From Ginglymostoma cirratum (taxonomy: Eukaryota): DNA of 64,000 nt. The notes below the pieces were generated by a model, which was given only the letters and a program-made list of their open reading frames with translations, was not told where the DNA came from and made no database searches. Where the stretch lies: positions 5,632,752 to 5,696,751 of the forward strand of contig JAHRHZ010000145.1 in assembly GCA_024137785.1 (NCBI GenBank). The letters are read 5' to 3'. Position 1 is the stretch's first letter. Each line of letters opens with the position of its first letter. Position numbers and translations under genes: made by a program. Positions 27,713 to 40,935 of the stretch are shown here, piece after piece.

Positions 27713-28289
27713 TCTATATCATGGGTGAAGGCAGTGGAATGTGCTGTTTGACACAAACACAGAAAAAGTTCGAGAAACTCAGCAATTCTGGTAGCATCTG
27801 TGGAGAGAGGAACAGAGTTAACATTTCAAGAGTGTGACTCTTGTTCAGTTCCAAAGCATTGAGAAACTTTTTCTGCTTGTCTCAGATTTCCAGCAGCTGC
27901 AGTATTTTGCTTTTAAGTATATTCTTTGCATGACTGTAAGCAGTATCCTTGGTCATTTGGATTGTACACTGTAAATTGGTACCTGACAGTTCATCAAAGA
28001 CGTTTCTGCTCCTGGATAAAGGCGCCTATGCATCTTTGATCTTGACTCACTCAATATCCTGTCTGCCATCAAGGCCAAAGCCTTGAAAGTGCTAAACTGA
28101 GCTCTCTCACCTCTGATCCTTTCACCGAAACAAATTGCATTAACATAGCACGTTTAACATGATGAAATATACTCAAGGCACTTCACAAAATTGGGGTGTG
28201 GAATAACACTGGCAAAATTATTAGAATAAATTCAGAAGGACAGTAGTAACCGCTGTTAAAAGTGCAGAATAATCAAGGACAATGAACAT

Positions 28290-29080
28290 ACGTCTGTTTA
28301 GAGAAGGTTATGTCTCACTGACTGTTTTAAGAAGGGAACAAGTAGGTTATTGAGGGCAGTGTGGTGGATGTAGTCTATATGGATTTTAGCAGGGTCATTG
28401 ATAAAGTCCCTTATGGCTGTAGCTTTTAAAAGGTGGCAGAACTGATTACGGTGATTAAGAAAGCATTTGGCGTCTTTCCTTTATTAGATGAGGTGTAGGA
28501 GATTAAAGAAAAAAGAGCAGACAGATTATGCTTGAGCTGTTTGCAACAACAGTTAGGCCACAGGTTCAGTATTCTAAATGGTTCTGTTTGTTCTATAGGA
28601 AAGATGTGATTGTGTGAGCGAATGCAGAGGAAATTTACATGGATGTTGCCAAGATTGGAAGAGTTTGCCTATGATAAAAGATGAGATTAGTTGAAGTTGT
28701 TTTCCATATAACAGAGGAGACTGGTGACTTAACTGATGTGTATAAAATTATGAAAACCTCCATACTGCAAATAGAGGTGATCTATTTACCATAGCAGTGA
28801 ATGTAGGTTTAATGTCATTGACAGAAGGATTAGAACGGGGAGATGAAGGAATGTTTGTTTACCTAGAGGGTGAAGGGGACCCGGAACACATTGCCTGAAA
28901 GAGTGGTTTTGAGGCGGAGACTCACCGTCTTTTTTTTAAAAAAAGTATACGGATGCCATTGTGAAGAGGTCTGACCTGCAGAACTCTGGGCTGAGTGCAG
29001 GAAGATTAGCCTATACTGGGTAGCTCTTTGTGATTGGCATGGGATAAAAGGCCTCCTGTGTTGTAAAATTTGAATTATCA
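28290..29080 (+). mobile_element. Degenerate, internally deleted CR1 LINE
   Basis: gtggatgtagtctatatggattttagc (VDVVYMDFS) RT motif followed by CR1 3' ORF2 and UTR. Confidence 0.75.
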
Positions 29081-30056
29081 ACTCTGTCAGGTCTATGGCC
29101 TTCTCCGCTCTAAGAAGAACAACCACAATCTATCTTATCCCTTTTCTTAGCAGAATCCCTCCTGTCCAGACATCAGTCTCATGAATCTCCTTTGAATCCT
29201 CTCCAGTGCAATCACATCTCTCCTGTCGTATGGTAACCAGAACTACAGCTGTGGCCCAACTAACATGATAATGGAGCAAATAGGATCAGAGGTTATAGGG
29301 AGAAAGCAGGAGGAAGCTATTGAGTTGAACGATCAGCCATGCTCATAAACAATGGCGAAACCGGCATGAAGGGCCGAATGGCCTCCTCCTGGTCCTATCT
29401 TCTATGCTTTTGTGAAATTTTGACATTGAGTAGAATGACAAAACATGGCCAAAGAAGCAAATGCATTTGAAATGAGGGGAATACAGGGTTTGGCTCAAGA
29501 GTACACCATCAGCCCATTAAAAGTCTGTTTTGCCATGTATTGTAATCATGGCTATCTGAACAATCCAACACTTCAATGCCTTTAACCAACATTATTCCCA
29601 AAACCCTTTATGCCATTGCTAATAAAAATTTTATTAACCTCTACTTTAAATATACTCTCAAACACAGCTTCCATAACCCTCTGGTAACAGAATTCCAGAG
29701 CGGCCACACTCTGAGTAAAAACGTTTTTCCTCAGCATGATGCTAAATGGCATTCCCCTTTACTTTTGTAATGTCCTGCTCCTTCTAGATACCTCATCTAG
29801 GCGAAATATCTTAAAGAGATAGACAGAGAACAGTCCTGCCATCCCATGAATGAGTCTGGTGCACTTTCATTGTGCTCCCTCGATCGTAATTCTGGAATAT
29901 CTTTCCTGAGATACGTAGACCCAAACTGCACTGTGCTTCAGGTGATCTCATTGAAATCTATAACATGCTTAAATGGGATAGACAGAGGAGATGCAATGAA
30001 GATATTTCCCCTAGTTGAGGAATCTAGAACCAGGGGCACAACATAAAAATAAGGTG

Positions 30057-30207
30057 AGAAAACAAGGTGTCAAGCTTTTCTGAAGAAGTGTCCAGACCCG
30101 AAACGTCAGTTTTCCTGCTCCTCTGATGCTGCTTGACCTGCTGCGTTGAGCCAGCTCTACACCTTATTGTCTCAGATTCTCCAGCATCGGCAGTTCCTAC
30201 TATCTCT
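30057..30207 (+). mobile_element. Penelope-derived insert with 14-bp TSD in a CR1 3' fragment; hammerhead core at 30080-30107
   Basis: ataaaaataaggtg at 30043-30056 and 30208-30221; core CTGAAGA-A-GTGTCCAGACCC-GAAA-CGTC. Confidence 0.87.
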
Positions 30208-30879
30208 ATAAAAATAAGGTGGATGTCATTTAACAGTATAACCAAGTTCCTGTACAATTGAAGCAGTACTTCACTAGTGCTGTACTCACATCCTCTTGCA
30301 ATGGAGACTAAAATCCCATTAGTACTTCTTAATATCTTGCTGCACCTCCATGTTCGCCTGCAGTGATATACTGACAAGGATACATATGTCGCTATTTAGA
30401 GCTGCCTTTGCAGCCTCTCAGCATTTAAGAAATACTCTACAGATTTGTTACTCCTAGCATACTGAATAACCTCACATTTCTCCATGTTATATTCCATCTG
30501 CTGTGTTTAGGGAGTGAATGCCAGATTTTAAGGCCAAGGCTGTTGAAGGTACAGCCACGTGGGGGTAGGGGGATGAAAATTGAAAATGCCCAAACAGACC
30601 AGATTTCAAGGAATGCTGATACCTCAATTGGTGGTGGTTGTGGGGGGTAGGGGCCAGGGTGAGGCAATGGAAAAATTTCATCAAGAATGAGCATTTTAAA
30701 ATTACTTGAATTGGTCCCAATGTACATCAGTAACAGAGGGGTTACGCAAGTGAGAACATGGAATACAGGGTTTTGAATGACCTCATGTTTATGGAAAGTA
30801 GCATTAAGGAGGCTCTCTGTGAGGGCATTGGATTAATCAATTCCAAAGATAATAAACGCAAAGCTGATGTGCTACGCGC

Positions 30880-31115
30880 CTGATCTTTGAGCATCCAGTG
30901 TAGTGGGGTGTAAGCAGATGGGAAGACCTCCTCATGGGTCTGCACCTGGGGCCTGGCGAGATTGGCTATAAACAGGTCCAAGCAAAGGGCCACGGAGGGA
31001 GTCATCTCTGCCAACTGTCTGCCCCTCTTCCAGGATTATGTTTGTGCCTAGCTGTCCTTGAAGAAGGAGCATGCGGTGTCCATCAATGCTCTCAATGCCT
31101 TTAGGGAGGGGTGAG
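30880..31115 (+). mobile_element. Tx1/L1-clade LINE ORF2 C-terminal fragment
   Basis: With one frameshift reads DLLMGLHLG-LARLAINRSKQRATEGVISANCLPLFQDYVCA*LSLKKEHAVSINALNAFREG, resembling fish/shark Tx1 ORF2 ends. Confidence 0.55.
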
Positions 31116-32820
31116 GATATATTTTTGACAACTCCCCAATTCTGAAATTTGAAATAGTGCTGAAAAGTCCTGGAGGGTCAATTTTGCATCTCATCCAAAA
31201 GACTGGAAGGAATTTGGACATTGTATTCAGAAATTAAACATTCAAAAATAGATACGAACCTCTATAAATTGATGTTAAATACTAATGCTCACAGCCACCT
31301 TTACAACACAGGAATTTACATTTTGGATGGATTGACTTTACTCATAGTTTGGTGAATATTCACCTGACATAGAACTCGAATGAATTTTATTCCAAGTTCT
31401 GTACCAAATGGATATGAAAGCTTGTGTATTATAATGGGATATACACTAATGAAGATGTAACCGATTAAGCTCACTCTAGCATCAGCACAGCAGAGGGGAC
31501 GAACAGATCAGAGAGAAGCATCTTTGGAGTAAGACTTCACACTAGAAAGATGTGAATAAGTGTAAATGAAGAATGTTGCAATACCAAAGAGAGTGAAATA
31601 GCTTTACTGTAGATGAAGAACAAACATGGTAGTCTAGAGACTCCAGCATAGCACTGGTCTGGTAAAAGACATCAGTCTCCAAGAGTGTATGTGTAGGCAG
31701 CAAACATCCAGAGAAGCAAGAGATGGTTTTGGATAATTATAAATTATACTGTAGACAAGTCATCTCAAAGCAGCCTGGAGCATATGGTGTGCAACGCAAA
31801 GATGGACTTTCACTTATGTAGCACACATATACGTAGGACATCCCCAATTAATTAAGTACTTTTGAAGCTTATCAAGTTTTACAATTTGGAAAATATTCTT
31901 ACATGGCCAGATCCCACAGACATAAGTTCCCTCATCTTCCAAAGGTGAAAGGTTCTCTCTGCCACTTGGCTCAAGTTTTGCAAGAGCAGAAGTTGAAGTA
32001 TTTCTAAGCTTGAACTTACGTGCACATACTTCCAGTCAGGATGAATCCTTGGTACTGAGGGAAACACTCCTACTGCTAAGTTGGGAGATTGTCAGTTCAA
32101 GACTTACTACAGCAATTTGAGCACAAATTCTTGGCTGACTTTCCAGTGCTGTACTGTGGCAGTGCTGCACTGTCGGAGATTGCATCTTTCAGACAAGATA
32201 CGAAAGTGGAGCCCTATCTGCCCTCTCAGGTGAATCAGGAAGACTCCTTGACGCTACTTCAAAGAAGCACAGCGAGTTCTCGACAATATTTCTTCCTCAA
32301 GATGTATCACTAAAAACTGATGAGTTGGTCATTATCATATCACTGTTTGAGGAAGGTTTGCCATGCATGCTCTGATCACCTTGGATCCTACAGTACTGCT
32401 GTTCAAGACAGATCTGTTGGACTATAATATGCACTTTTCTCTGGAGAATAGTTGTCTAAAATTACCTTACGTAAGTGGTTTGAACATCAGCCACTTGTAC
32501 AATAACTGGCATACATCTGCTGTAAGTACATGTACCAGATGTTGGCATGAACCCAACTGCTACAAAGCAAGAAATGTTCTCGTATACCATAGGACTCAAT
32601 GTAGAAGTGGTAAGCCATTCCAAAGAACATGGAAATCAAATGCTTGAGAGACATTTTGTGTCCTTAAACTTAAGCAAATGTCTTTTAAACATTGTACCTG
32701 CATTTACCACTTTCTCTGGCAGTTCATTCCACACACGAATCACTCTTTATGTAAAAAAGTTGCCCCCCCCCCATGTCCTTTTAAAATCATTTTAAACCCT
32801 CTCACCTTAAAAATACGCCC

Positions 32821-33143
32821 TTCATCAGAATCCGGAGGGAGGAGGGAAACTTCTTCAGGGTAGGCATCTTTGGAAGAGGCTTCGCAGTGGGGTTAAAATT
32901 GTATCAGAGATAATAGGAACTGCAGATGCTGGAGAATCTGAGATAACAAGGTGTGGAGCTGGATGAACACGGCAGGCCAAGCAGCATCAGAGGAGCAGGA
33001 AGGCTTGACGTTTCAGAATGATAAAGGGTCTAGGGCCGAAACGTCAAGCTTTCCTGCTCCTACGGTGCTGCTTGGCCTGCCGTGTTCATCCAGCTCTACA
33101 CATTGTTATCTCGGATTCTCCAGCATCTGCAGTTCCTATTATC
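32821..33143. mobile_element. Penelope-like insertion with inverted arms and a 16-bp TSD (1 mismatch)
   Basis: ccttaa(a/g)aatacgccc at 32805-32820 and 33144-33159; arms ~32909-33014 and ~33037-33143 are reverse complements; the left side carries about 90 nt of extra internal sequence. Confidence 0.87.
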
Positions 33144-33239
33144 CCTTAAGAATACGCCCCTTAGTTTTGAAGTTTTCCACCCTAGGGAAAAAGACCCATG
33201 TCATTCACCTTATCTATGCCCCTCATGATTTGGCTGATT

Positions 33240-34285
33240 GAAGAATAGACACAATGATGGCTGGGGTCAGAAACCACCTATATTGAGAAGGGTTGTTTTT
33301 TTCAAGTGGAAGACTTTTAACCAATGGGGTTCCACAGCAATCAATGCTGGGACCAGAACTGTTTGCAACATATATGAATGGCTTGGAGGAAGGAAATGAA
33401 TGTACTGTTGTCAAATCAGCAGACAACACAAAAATAGGTAAAAAGGAAGATTGTGAGAGGGTTACAATCACTTTACAGGGAGATATTGATAGGTTAACTC
33501 AGTGGGCAAAAAGTTGGAGTATAATGTGGGAAAATGTGAAGTTGTTCATTTCGGAAGGAAGAACAAAAGAATATTATTTAAACGGAGAGAAACTGCACAA
33601 AGTTGCGACAGAAAAGCGACTTGGGGGTGCTTGTACACAAAACACAGGAAGCTAGCACACAGTTGCAGCAGGTAATCAGGAAGGGTCAGAGAATGTTCGT
33701 CCTTATTTCAATGGGGGTGGAGTATAAGATTAGGGAAGTTTTATTGCAACTGTATAAGGTGCTGGTGAGACCACATCTGAAGTACTGTGAGAAGTTCTAG
33801 TCCCTTTCTTTAAGGAAAGGTGTCATTTTCTTGGAGGCAGTTCAAAGTTCAGTAGAGTGATTGTCTTATGAGCAAAGGCTAAACAGATTGTGATTCTATA
33901 AAGTTTAGAAGAATGAGAGGCGAGCTCATTGAAACATATAAGATTCCGAAGGGGCTTGACAGGGTAAATGCTGAGAGGATGTTTCTCTTTATGGGAGAGC
34001 CGAGGACAAGAAGGCAGAGCCTCAGAATAGAGGGACACTACTTTAAGACCGAGATGAGGAGGATTGTGAGTCTTTGGAACTCCTTGCCACAGAGAGTTAA
34101 GCAGCTGAATCCTTGTGTACATTTAAGGCTGAGATAGATTCTTGATCAGTAGGGGAATCAAGGGTTATGGAAAAAACACATGAAAGTGGATGAGAGGAAT
34201 GTCAGATCAGCCATGATCCTATTGAATGGCACAGCAGGCCTAAGGGGCCGAATGGCCTACCCCTAGTCCTATTCATATGGCCTTG
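33240..34285 (+). mobile_element. 5'-truncated CR1 LINE (best-preserved copy in the window)
   Basis: GVPQQSMLGPELF..YMNGLEEG...KSADNTKIG...LQGDIDRL; LLQLYKVLVRPHLKYC; MRGELIETYKI; 3' tail ggccgaatggcctac. Confidence 0.92.
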
Positions 34286-36289
34286 GGGTCTAATGAAGCC
34301 ACAAAAAGGATGATCGGACAATTGAAGACGCAATTGAGAGTGCAGGGAGCCTTACACACCACTCTATTTGTTTCAATCAATTAGCCATTTAAAGCATTAA
34401 TGTATGAGGAATGAACCAAATGGATGGAGCCTACAGATCAGGGTTTATACAATCTGGGCAAAAGAAGTGGGCCACTGTTTCGCACTTGAGCAAATGGGTG
34501 AGACATCTGTCGTGACTAGTGGAATACGGGTGGAACAGTGAAGAAGTCATTCAAGAATCAGCAACGCTCCAGGTGTCACCGATGGTGGTTTACTACATGG
34601 AAAAAAAAGTGACAGTTCCTAAAATAGCAGCAATGATGAACATAAGAGCAGTGATAAGGAAATTTGAGACTTCCACGATTGGTGAGATACACCGTTGAGT
34701 TATTCTTTTGTTCAGTGATGGTAAGTATTGAGAAAATTGTTGATTTTTTTTCCCTTGAAGGCAGATGTTAGTAATACCCATAAGGACCGAAATGTCTTTT
34801 ATTCTTGGATTTTTATTAAAATCCTGGTGCTTCTCATAGTCTAGCAAATGTGGTAATGACTGCTCGTGCTTCAAGACGACATAAATGGAAATCTTTCTTT
34901 GTTGTCTAAGCCGTGAAATCATCAGATAGATTGGCATTGAGCCTTTTTTTAATGTGTAACTATTTGTGATGCCCCTTTGCCCCTCGGACTGACTTAGCTG
35001 ATCTGTACCGCAAGTATTTGTTTATTTTTGCCCGATCCATAAATGGCAATGCAACTTGGTAACAATTTTTTTTTATCCATTGGTTGTTAGACCTCAATTG
35101 ACCCAAAAGAATTTTTAAGATAAATCTAGTGATCCAGAACCTGGTAGAGGATGAGCACTGGATTTACATCAAAGAAGTTGAAGGAATGTTGAATTAAGCA
35201 TTTCAAGAAGAATGATCCAGTTTTATCAAAATGAACTACGGGAAAAATCATGATTTGTTCATAAATTAGGAATGCACGAAGACACTGATACTCTATTCGG
35301 GAGAAAACTCTTGAATTCACCAGCATCTCTATTTACATCGATTTTTGAGTTAGATCCTACTCCCTCCCCATCTCCATTTCCAGCCCAGTGATCAGAGTTG
35401 TAGATGCATTTTAAATACGCGCTGGTCTCTGAGAGCATGACTTATGGTTTCATTGTCAGCTATCCTGCCTCCAAATCAGAGGTCTCGCTCTGGTGTCCTG
35501 ACCAGCATTTATCTTTCCATCAACTTGACTAAAACAAGTTGCTGAACATTACAACATTTTTGTTTGTGGGAACTTATCACAGCATTTCCTACAAGAGAAT
35601 CTCACTACACTTCAGAAGCAATTTGTTGGTTGTGAAGCTGTGTTTGTAAATGTCACAGCGTCAATGCAATTCCTTCTTCAGGACAGTCAATATCCCTTTC
35701 AGCATCAAATATGATTAAAGCTGATAGCACAGCCCATTTTATGTTTATTTAAAACATTTAGTTTAACTGTAATTTTTAAATTCCACTGTTTCTTAAAAAA
35801 GACATAAATGTAATCACTGGTGCTGCAGTTGTTCATGGGATCCTGCCGTGTATAAAATAGATGTTCTGTTTTTCCACAACAAAAGGTGATCTTACTTCAT
35901 TGGCTTTGAAGTGCTTCAGGATGATCTGAAAATAAGAAATGCATGATGCATGTATAGACTTTGCTTTAATCTATGCTAACCTGAGAAAAAGAATAAGTTC
36001 AGGACTTTGTTAAAGCAAACTATAAGAAGAACAAATGTAACTGTGCTTCTATTTGAATTTAAATCTAGGTGGTGCCAAATTGAAATCAGGCATTTTGAAT
36101 TTACATTCACTTCACAGAATTGTCACGGTGCTGAAGGAGACCACCCAGCCTATCATGTTTGTGCCAGCTCTCTAAATGAGCATTTCACATAGTGCCATTC
36201 TCCTACCTTCTCCCTGTACACCTGCTCATTGTTCTTACTAAACAACAGTTTAATTCCTTTTTGAATGTCTCAATTCAAATTCAATTATG

Positions 36290-36625
36290 GTGAGGTGACA
36301 GCCTAGTGATATTATTGTTGAGCTGTTAATCTAGACACCCAGGTAATAATCTGGGGACCCAGTTTTGAATCCCACCACATCAGATGGTGGAAACTGAATT
36401 CAATAAAAATCTGGAATTAAGAGCCTAAAGATGACCATGAATCACTATTGGGTAAAACCCATCTGCTTCACTAACGTGCCATCCTTACCTGGGCTGACCT
36501 ACATGTCAGTCCAGACCCACAGCAATGTGGTTGACTCTTCACTGCCCTCTGAGCAATTGGGGATGGGCAATAAATACTGCCTAGCCAGTGTCACTCTTAT
36601 CCTCTGCGTGAACAAAAAAATTTGA
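36290..36625 (+). mobile_element. tRNA-headed shark-type SINE nested in a minus-strand CR1 remnant (~36110-37130)
   Basis: Degenerate A/B-box head (…ttgaatcccacc), body ending gggcaataaat...gaacaaaaaaa; related copies at ~48715-49030(+) and ~26000-26100(-). Confidence 0.65.
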
Positions 36626-37469
36626 AGCTGCCTCCACCACACTCTCAGGCAACGCATTCCTGAGCCTAAAGCTTTACTACATGAAAAGCATATTTTAAAA
36701 TTCATTCATGAGATAATAGCATTAGTGACTGGGCCAGCATTTTTTGCCGAGCCGTCGTTTGCTCCTTTCGCTAATTACTTAAAACTTGTGTCGACTCTTA
36801 TTCTCAATCCTTTCACGAATGGGAACAGTTTCTCCCTATCTACAATGGCCAGACCCTCATGATTTTTAACCTGTCTATCAGATCTCATCGCATTTCTGCA
36901 GTCTGTGAGGATAAAAGTCCTAGATTCTCCAAACTATCTTCACAAGTGAAGTTTTTCATCCATGGTATCCTGCTTGTGAATCCTGTCTGCGCTCTCTCCA
37001 AATACTTCCACATTCTTCCTAAATTGCACTGCCCAGAACAGGGAGACAATTCACCAGCCGAGGTCAAAATTGTGACTTACTGCACACAAGTTTAAAAGAA
37101 CTTCTTTGTTTTGGTACTCCAAGTGCCTGTTAATACACAATCGTCATACACGCATACCATCAGTCATATGTTTATGAATGCACAATGCATGTGTATACAT
37201 AGCCACACAAACGACACAAAGTAGGCAGTTTTAACTGGACTTGCTAAGTCACACTATTCCAGTGCAATCAAAGAGACAGGAACCAGTTGTAAACTTTACA
37301 TTTTTTAATATACTTTCCATGTTGAAATAGCAAAAAGCCACCAATGGGATAAATTATTCTGAATACTTGCTGACAAATGATCGATTAATATTGCTGATAA
37401 GCAATAACCCGGCACGCACCACTTCGAGGTTTAAAAATAAGGTCCTGGAAGATGCAGGGCAAATAGAAA

Positions 37470-38960
37470 AGTGGGCCCAGCGCGCTCTCCGCTGGTTTCA
37501 GCCCCTGTCTTGGCTGTCAGATTGTCACACAGGATTCCCCAGCCCGGCAAAAGTTGCTATGATTCCCAGGGTTCACTTCCAGGCGGCGGCGCCGGCTACT
37601 GCTGCTGCTGCTGCTGACGGGAGGCCCGACCTGGGCGACTCCTCCCAGCCGCCCGCGACTTTCGGCGGCGTCAACGACCCATCTTTCCCGCATGTCGCTC
37701 TTTGTTCCCTCTCCCTCCTCGGTCGATCTTCACCGCCTTGTAGTGAGTTGGGGAGACGGTGAAAGAACGAGAAGCGGTCGGGCAGATTTTAAAAAAAACA
37801 AAACGCGATCGCGGCCAAAAGTAAAACGAGCCCTCCCGCCCGCACTCGCAGACGACTGCTAGTCGGGGAGGGGAGGAAGGGCGAGGAGACGCGTGCGCAG
37901 TGGGAGCCTGCTACCCCCCAACCCCCAACCACCACCCCTCCCCCCGCCCTCTGTCCCCGACGCGCCCCTCCCCCCTCTCCCCCGCCTCTAGCAGCCCGGA
38001 GCCAGCCCGGCCAGCACAGCGAGCCAGCCAGCCAACGGTAAACGGCCGCTACAGCGCCTCCACCGCCCGGGCCTCGAACATCCACGGACTCACTTTGCAA
38101 GCGGCGCCCGGGACCAGGCGCCCCGAGCCGGGCGGCGGTTTGCAAATTTAGACCGGGGATCCGAGAGGTGGGTTCGGAATTTCAGTCTGTTGTGTTTTTT
38201 TACCGCCCCCCACTCCAACCACCCCCACCACCTTTCGTTTCCCCCTCCCCTTTCCCACCACCGCCTTCCCCCTCCCCGCTCTCTCGGTCGTTGTTGTCGC
38301 TCGGCGTGTTTGATGGTTTCATTTCCTTTACTTTCCTTTACTTTCCTTTCTGCTGCTCCTCTTCCAAAAGAGAGGGAGAGAAAAAATAAATCAGTTGAAT
38401 TTCTGGGTAGCAGCCGGCGTTGCGACCGAGCCTAAGGGAGGGGTGGGTGTTCAGGGGGTAATAGGCCCGAGCGGATGGTGTAGGCCTCCGCGGTTGTTTT
38501 TAATGTGTATGTTTTCTTTTTCCTCAAAAAAAAGGCCGGTTGTCATTATTGCACTTACATATTATTTTATTTTATATAAAGGTGGGAGCTGTTTGTAGAT
38601 TCTGGGCCTCGCTTGGCCCTCTCTTTTCTTCAAAACCTTCCCCCCCCCCCCCCCCCCTTTGTGTGCCGAGCGGTCACCGACCCCCCGAGAGGGAGAGAGG
38701 CGGGCCCACGGGCCTGCCCGGCCTAGGCCTCGCGTCATGGGTGGCTTGAGAAGCCCTGAGGCAACTGGGCCTCGGGGCGGGCGGCCCACCCAACCTGGCC
38801 CGGGCCCCGGCCCCGGCTTTCTTTGTCTGCAGGCCGCAGCGAGGCAGGGCTGCTGGGTTCGTCGGTGCCCGTGGGCAGGCCTACAGAGACGGCCTGGGCT
38901 CTGATCAGAACTTGGGTCGGAGGCACAGATTTCCTCTCCCCTCACCAACCGCCCCCGCCC
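37470..38960 (+). promoter_or_regulatory. INO80D: CpG island: probable INO80D promoter and non-coding first exon
   Basis: Only strongly GC/CpG-rich segment in the window. Contains GC boxes (~37831, 37941, 37981), an NRF1-like ACGCGTGCGCAG (37889-37900) and candidate donors CG|GTAAAC (38037/8) and AG|GTGGGT (38167/8). INO80D is the next gene downstream. Confidence 0.8.
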
Positions 38961-40539
38961 CAGTCCTGTGGAACAGAGGTTAAATTCTTCCTGTTTCTTT
39001 CTCAGACTCCAGGCCTTAGTTATATGGAAGAGAGAGCGTGATCCCTTCCAGTCACACACTCAAGATATGTAGACATCTCTGCAAAACTAAGCGCGCACCT
39101 TGGGAAATCTCCTCTTACTTATACACGCAACACACCTTAGCTATGCAGAGTTCTTCCTTATATTTATATACATACAGACTTTCTTTATCCCTTATGCTTG
39201 TACACCACCATGTCTTCATTTTACTGATATTTTTCTGTATTTATATACGTACAGATTTTGACCATTGCCTCAATGCTTATCCTTTGAATGCATTCAAGTT
39301 CATGATCTTCCTCACCCTAATGTTCATGTGCAAAGATGCTTGCTACAGTTAAATGCACGCTGCCCTATGAGCTTTCTCTGTCCATTATTAAGAACGCGAT
39401 TTAACCTGAACATCAAATCCACTGTCTCACCCTATATATGTCCATAGCCTTCAGGCATGGAGAATTCCAAAGCCACAGGCCCCTGTGAAAATATTTCGGT
39501 CATCTTGGTCCTTGCTGGATGATGCCCTTTTCCTAAAACTCTGACTCCTGAGTTGTATACAATGAGGGAAACATCTGCTTATGTGGTGTGTATGTATGTA
39601 TAATATTAATGTCCAAAAACAGATCCTTGAAGTGATTCCCTTTATAATTAACTGTTTTGTTGAGGTATTCAGACAGAAATGGATCTTGCAGTTATATCTG
39701 TGTTGTCGATGATGTTCCTATTGTAGGTGTACAAAAACCTGAGAGAGAGAATCCTGTCATTTCTTTAGTTGTGAGCAGATTTTAGTTACAGTTGGACAAG
39801 TATCCTTTACAATTGGCAAGTTCAATCCCATTATAATTGTACAAGGCAGTCTTTCAAAGTTCAGCCACCTTGTACTTCAGTTTCTAATGAATGATGCAGA
39901 AGACTTCTTAGTGTGTCAGTTTGTTCTAGACATGTGCATGTGTTGAAATGTGTAAGCTGTTAAATGGCAAAATGAATATTGAGTACTCTATTATGCTGGA
40001 CCTCTTTATTGGCAAATGAATGTTTCATTCATACCCTGTGCCCATCTGCTCAATATGGTCTGAGTTGTAAAAAGAATTTTTTTCAAAGTGAGTTTATTTA
40101 ATGTGCTCTGGTTAATCAACAGAAACAATTAATGGGATGGTAGTGTTAAGTGAGCCAGTCTGTCCAGTTAGTGTGTGGATTATGCATGAGTCTTATTTTA
40201 GAGCTTGTATTGCACAGAAAACTTCAGGCATTGCTGTGACGATAGTGCAAAGTATCAAAAAAATTGACGTTTGTAATTGAAGTTTGTAGGAGACAAATCT
40301 GGCATGTGGCTTGAATGAAAAATGGTGCAGGAGCCAGGTGTGATATTTTTGGAATGGTATCTGTTCTAAATGGAGCAAGTACAGTCTGACAACAATTAAC
40401 ACAGAAGTTGTCATTGGCAGACTCTGAAGAAAGATCACCTATCAATGATGTCCTTTTCCTAGATTAATATTGTACATCATTCCAATGAATGCTAAGACTT
40501 TATGGTGATGTCTTTCTTGCCGATGCCCTCTTCACCCAT

Positions 40540-40935
40540 TGCTTCTGCACTCACTGACCAATGTTTGTTCCTGATCCATCAATGTCTTGATTTTTAAAAT
40601 TTTCATCCTTATGGCTTTGCCGTTCCCTATCCCTGTAATCTCCTACAACCCCGTAAAATTCTGCGTTCCTGCCAATCTGCCTGCCTGCGTATAACAGCTG
40701 TCATCGCTCTTAGTGGCACATCTTCTGCTATCTTGCCCATAAATTCTGGAGTTCCCTCCCTAAACTTGTCACTGTCTCTCTTTTTATCCGTCCTTTAAGT
40801 AACTCTTCGAAGCTACCACTTTGAATTAACTTGTGATCACCTTTGAAATCTCTGTGTATAGCTCAGTGTCAAATACTGCATGTTAACTCTCCCAGTTGTT
40901 CAACTTGGGAACATTTTATAAAATTAAATATTTGC
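40540..40935 (+). mobile_element. L2-type LINE 3' fragment
   Basis: ccctatccctgtaatctcctacaacc...ctggagttccctccctaaac; similar pieces at ~43000-43480(+), ~47080-47230(+), ~14975-15300(-), ~30500-30840(-). Confidence 0.55.

Noticed and set aside
36290-36385. tRNA gene (also ~51400 and ~52600)
   Set aside because: Degenerate A/B boxes run directly into SINE bodies; no complete cloverleaf
37367-39059. Cluster of overlapping Pro/Gly/Arg-rich ORFs
   Set aside because: Expected stop-codon scarcity in a CpG island; no recognisable domain
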